DNA of 27,491 nucleotides from an uncultured Oscillospiraceae bacterium (GTDB lineage Bacteria; Bacillota; Clostridia; Saccharofermentanales; Saccharofermentanaceae): NCBI GenBank assembly GCA_964349735.1, contig CAYGIB010000001.1, positions 1 to 27,491 of the forward strand, read 5' to 3'. Shown piece by piece: positions 27,349 to 27,491 of this stretch (position 1 is its first letter; each line of letters starts with the position of its first letter). The notes under the pieces were generated by a model. It saw only the letters and a program-made list of their open reading frames with translations, ran no database searches and was not told where the DNA came from. The position numbers and the translations under genes were made by a program.

Positions 27349-27489
27349 TCAATCCGGAGCACCCGGCGAGAGGTCTTCTTCGTCGCCTGTCCAAGGCGGG
27401 CCCCGGCGTTCGGTTTCTAACGGCAGACCACAGCCCGGACAGCGATCCACGCACCCGGTTCTTCCGGAGCACTCGGCCATCGCGGACGA
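27349..27489 (-). CDS. Possible C-terminal fragment of upstream host gene (Cys-rich end, perhaps a TIGR03960-like radical SAM protein)
   Basis: Frame reads SSAMAECSGRTGCVDRCPGCGLPLETE...APD*; only 47 codons visible. Confidence 0.25.
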   Translation of the reverse strand, partial: SSAMAECSGRTGCVDRCPGCGLPLETERRGPPWTGDEEDLSPGAPD

Positions 27490-27491
27490 GT

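Noticed and set aside
27044-27472. 142-aa minus-strand ORF at window end
   Set aside because: Arg/Ser-rich with no recognisable motif, and it overlaps the rlmD leader; a different frame gives a more protein-like Cys-rich C-terminus

Overview
Positions 1 to ~20.7 kb are the late half of a Firmicutes-type siphovirus prophage on the + strand. It carries an HK97-type head (portal, ClpP-like protease, capsid, connectors) and a long non-contractile tail (major tail protein, chaperone with a -1 frameshift, tape measure, Dit/hub, baseplate and adsorption proteins). A lysis region follows, with a stand-alone LysM gene and a 940-aa tailspike inserted into it, then a SHOCT + three-gene serine recombinase module. 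Next is a convergent, AT-richer two-gene operon on the - strand (20681-24542). Its large secreted protein reads: signal peptide, 2 CBM2-like domains, Pro/Thr linker, TSP3-type Ca repeats, ZU5-like HFS domain, degenerate vWA, C-terminal permuted papain-like His/Cys domain. It is tightly coupled to a small 3-TM gene, so the pair looks like a polysaccharide-anchored polymorphic toxin/immunity system. That gene has one in-frame TAG and a G8 tract inside its promoter spacer. The window ends with a host rlmD (rumA) gene swollen by repeat-derived insertions. Its 3' end, a known serine-integrase hot spot, is mirrored by an inverted copy 122 bp downstream and is the likely attachment site. All product calls come from motif recognition by eye; no searches were run.
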